Positions 63,268 through 64,000 of a DNA stretch of 64,000 nucleotides are shown here, in pieces. The stretch is from Euglena gracilis (taxonomy: Eukaryota): contig CP154954.1 in NCBI GenBank assembly GCA_039621445.1, positions 12,208,716-12,272,715 of the forward strand, written 5' to 3'. The number at the start of each line of letters is the position of its first letter. Position 1 is the first letter of the stretch. Made by a program: the position numbers and the translations under genes. The notes beneath the pieces were generated by a model. The model was given only the letters and a program-made list of their open reading frames with translations, did no database searches and was not told where the DNA came from.

Positions 63268-64000
63268 AAACAACTAAATATAAATAACATACTATAATAA
63301 ATAAATAATATAACAGGACCTAGCTACGATGAAAAGGGGCACAAAATATGCCACTTGGGAGCAGGCTGAGGTTTAGGCACTAACCCCCACCCCATTTAAA
63401 ACTCAGGCGGCGGATCTCGCACTTGAGCTTTTTTCTTTGTCGATGTGCGCAATTGCGCACATCGACAATTTTTGAAAAATCCTTGAACCGCCGAATGCAC
63501 CTAGGGAAACAAAAATACGTAACTGCACACTTCATGATACAAGTTAAGAAACACGAAGGTTACGAACTGTCACCTGACGAGCTGTCTGAAAGGTCTGGAG
63601 CGACAGATTTGTATTCTTGTCTGTCAAAAAGGTGGGTTGTGCACCCTGGCTGTTACGTGCACATTTATACACGTGGACGGTGTTCAAAAGTGTGCAAACA
63701 CCGACCACGTGCAAATTTACGCAAACTGACCACTTTTTTCATTCCAACCTGGTACTTGATACATGTGATTTTTCAGTTTCTGTCTGGTTTCAGAGTGGGA
63801 CTGTGGTGTAAGCCCTTCCAGTTATTGTTGTTTTGAAAGGCTCAGGGGAGCAAAATCTGTTTATGTGCCGTGGTACTTGATCACACCCCTTTTTCACAAA
63901 TGTACATGACGTCGTTTTCGAAAATATGCACACATTGACGGTGTGCGCATTTGCGCAAACCGGCCTCATCCTCTGTCCCAAACTCATGGAATTTGCTGTA

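Noticed and set aside
1-64000. tRNA, rRNA or spliced-leader RNA genes; autonomous DNA transposase
   Set aside because: No recognisable motifs found by eye

Overview
Repeat-rich eukaryotic genomic DNA, most likely a euglenid such as Euglena (inferred from the intron type). Nearly all ORF-track entries are spurious. Positions 1-5766 hold two tandem, frameshifted DIRS1-type tyrosine-recombinase retrotransposons; the second has gag-like, RT/RNase H, Dam-like MTase and YR regions plus an intact ITR/ICR architecture. They apparently lie in an intron of a weakly supported + strand gene ending near 9323. Positions ~10000 to beyond 63000 carry a minus-strand gene (possibly two, split at ~30711) in about 40 short GC-rich exons that I assembled by hand. 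It encodes a complete OTU deubiquitinase domain (GDGNC...WGG..E...HYDS), a PH-like segment and a Pro-rich tail. Many introns are non-GT-AG, with +4..+6 pairing to -8..-6 (CAG/CTG with compensatory variants). The introns contain MITEs, several hAT-type with CAG...CTG termini and 8-bp TSDs. Main observation: the intron geometry (3 nt + CAG...CTG + 5 nt) equals one hAT element plus one 8-bp TSD, and some introns retain both TIR and TSD, suggesting hAT MITEs generate these introns. Exon boundaries are hand-derived without transcript data.
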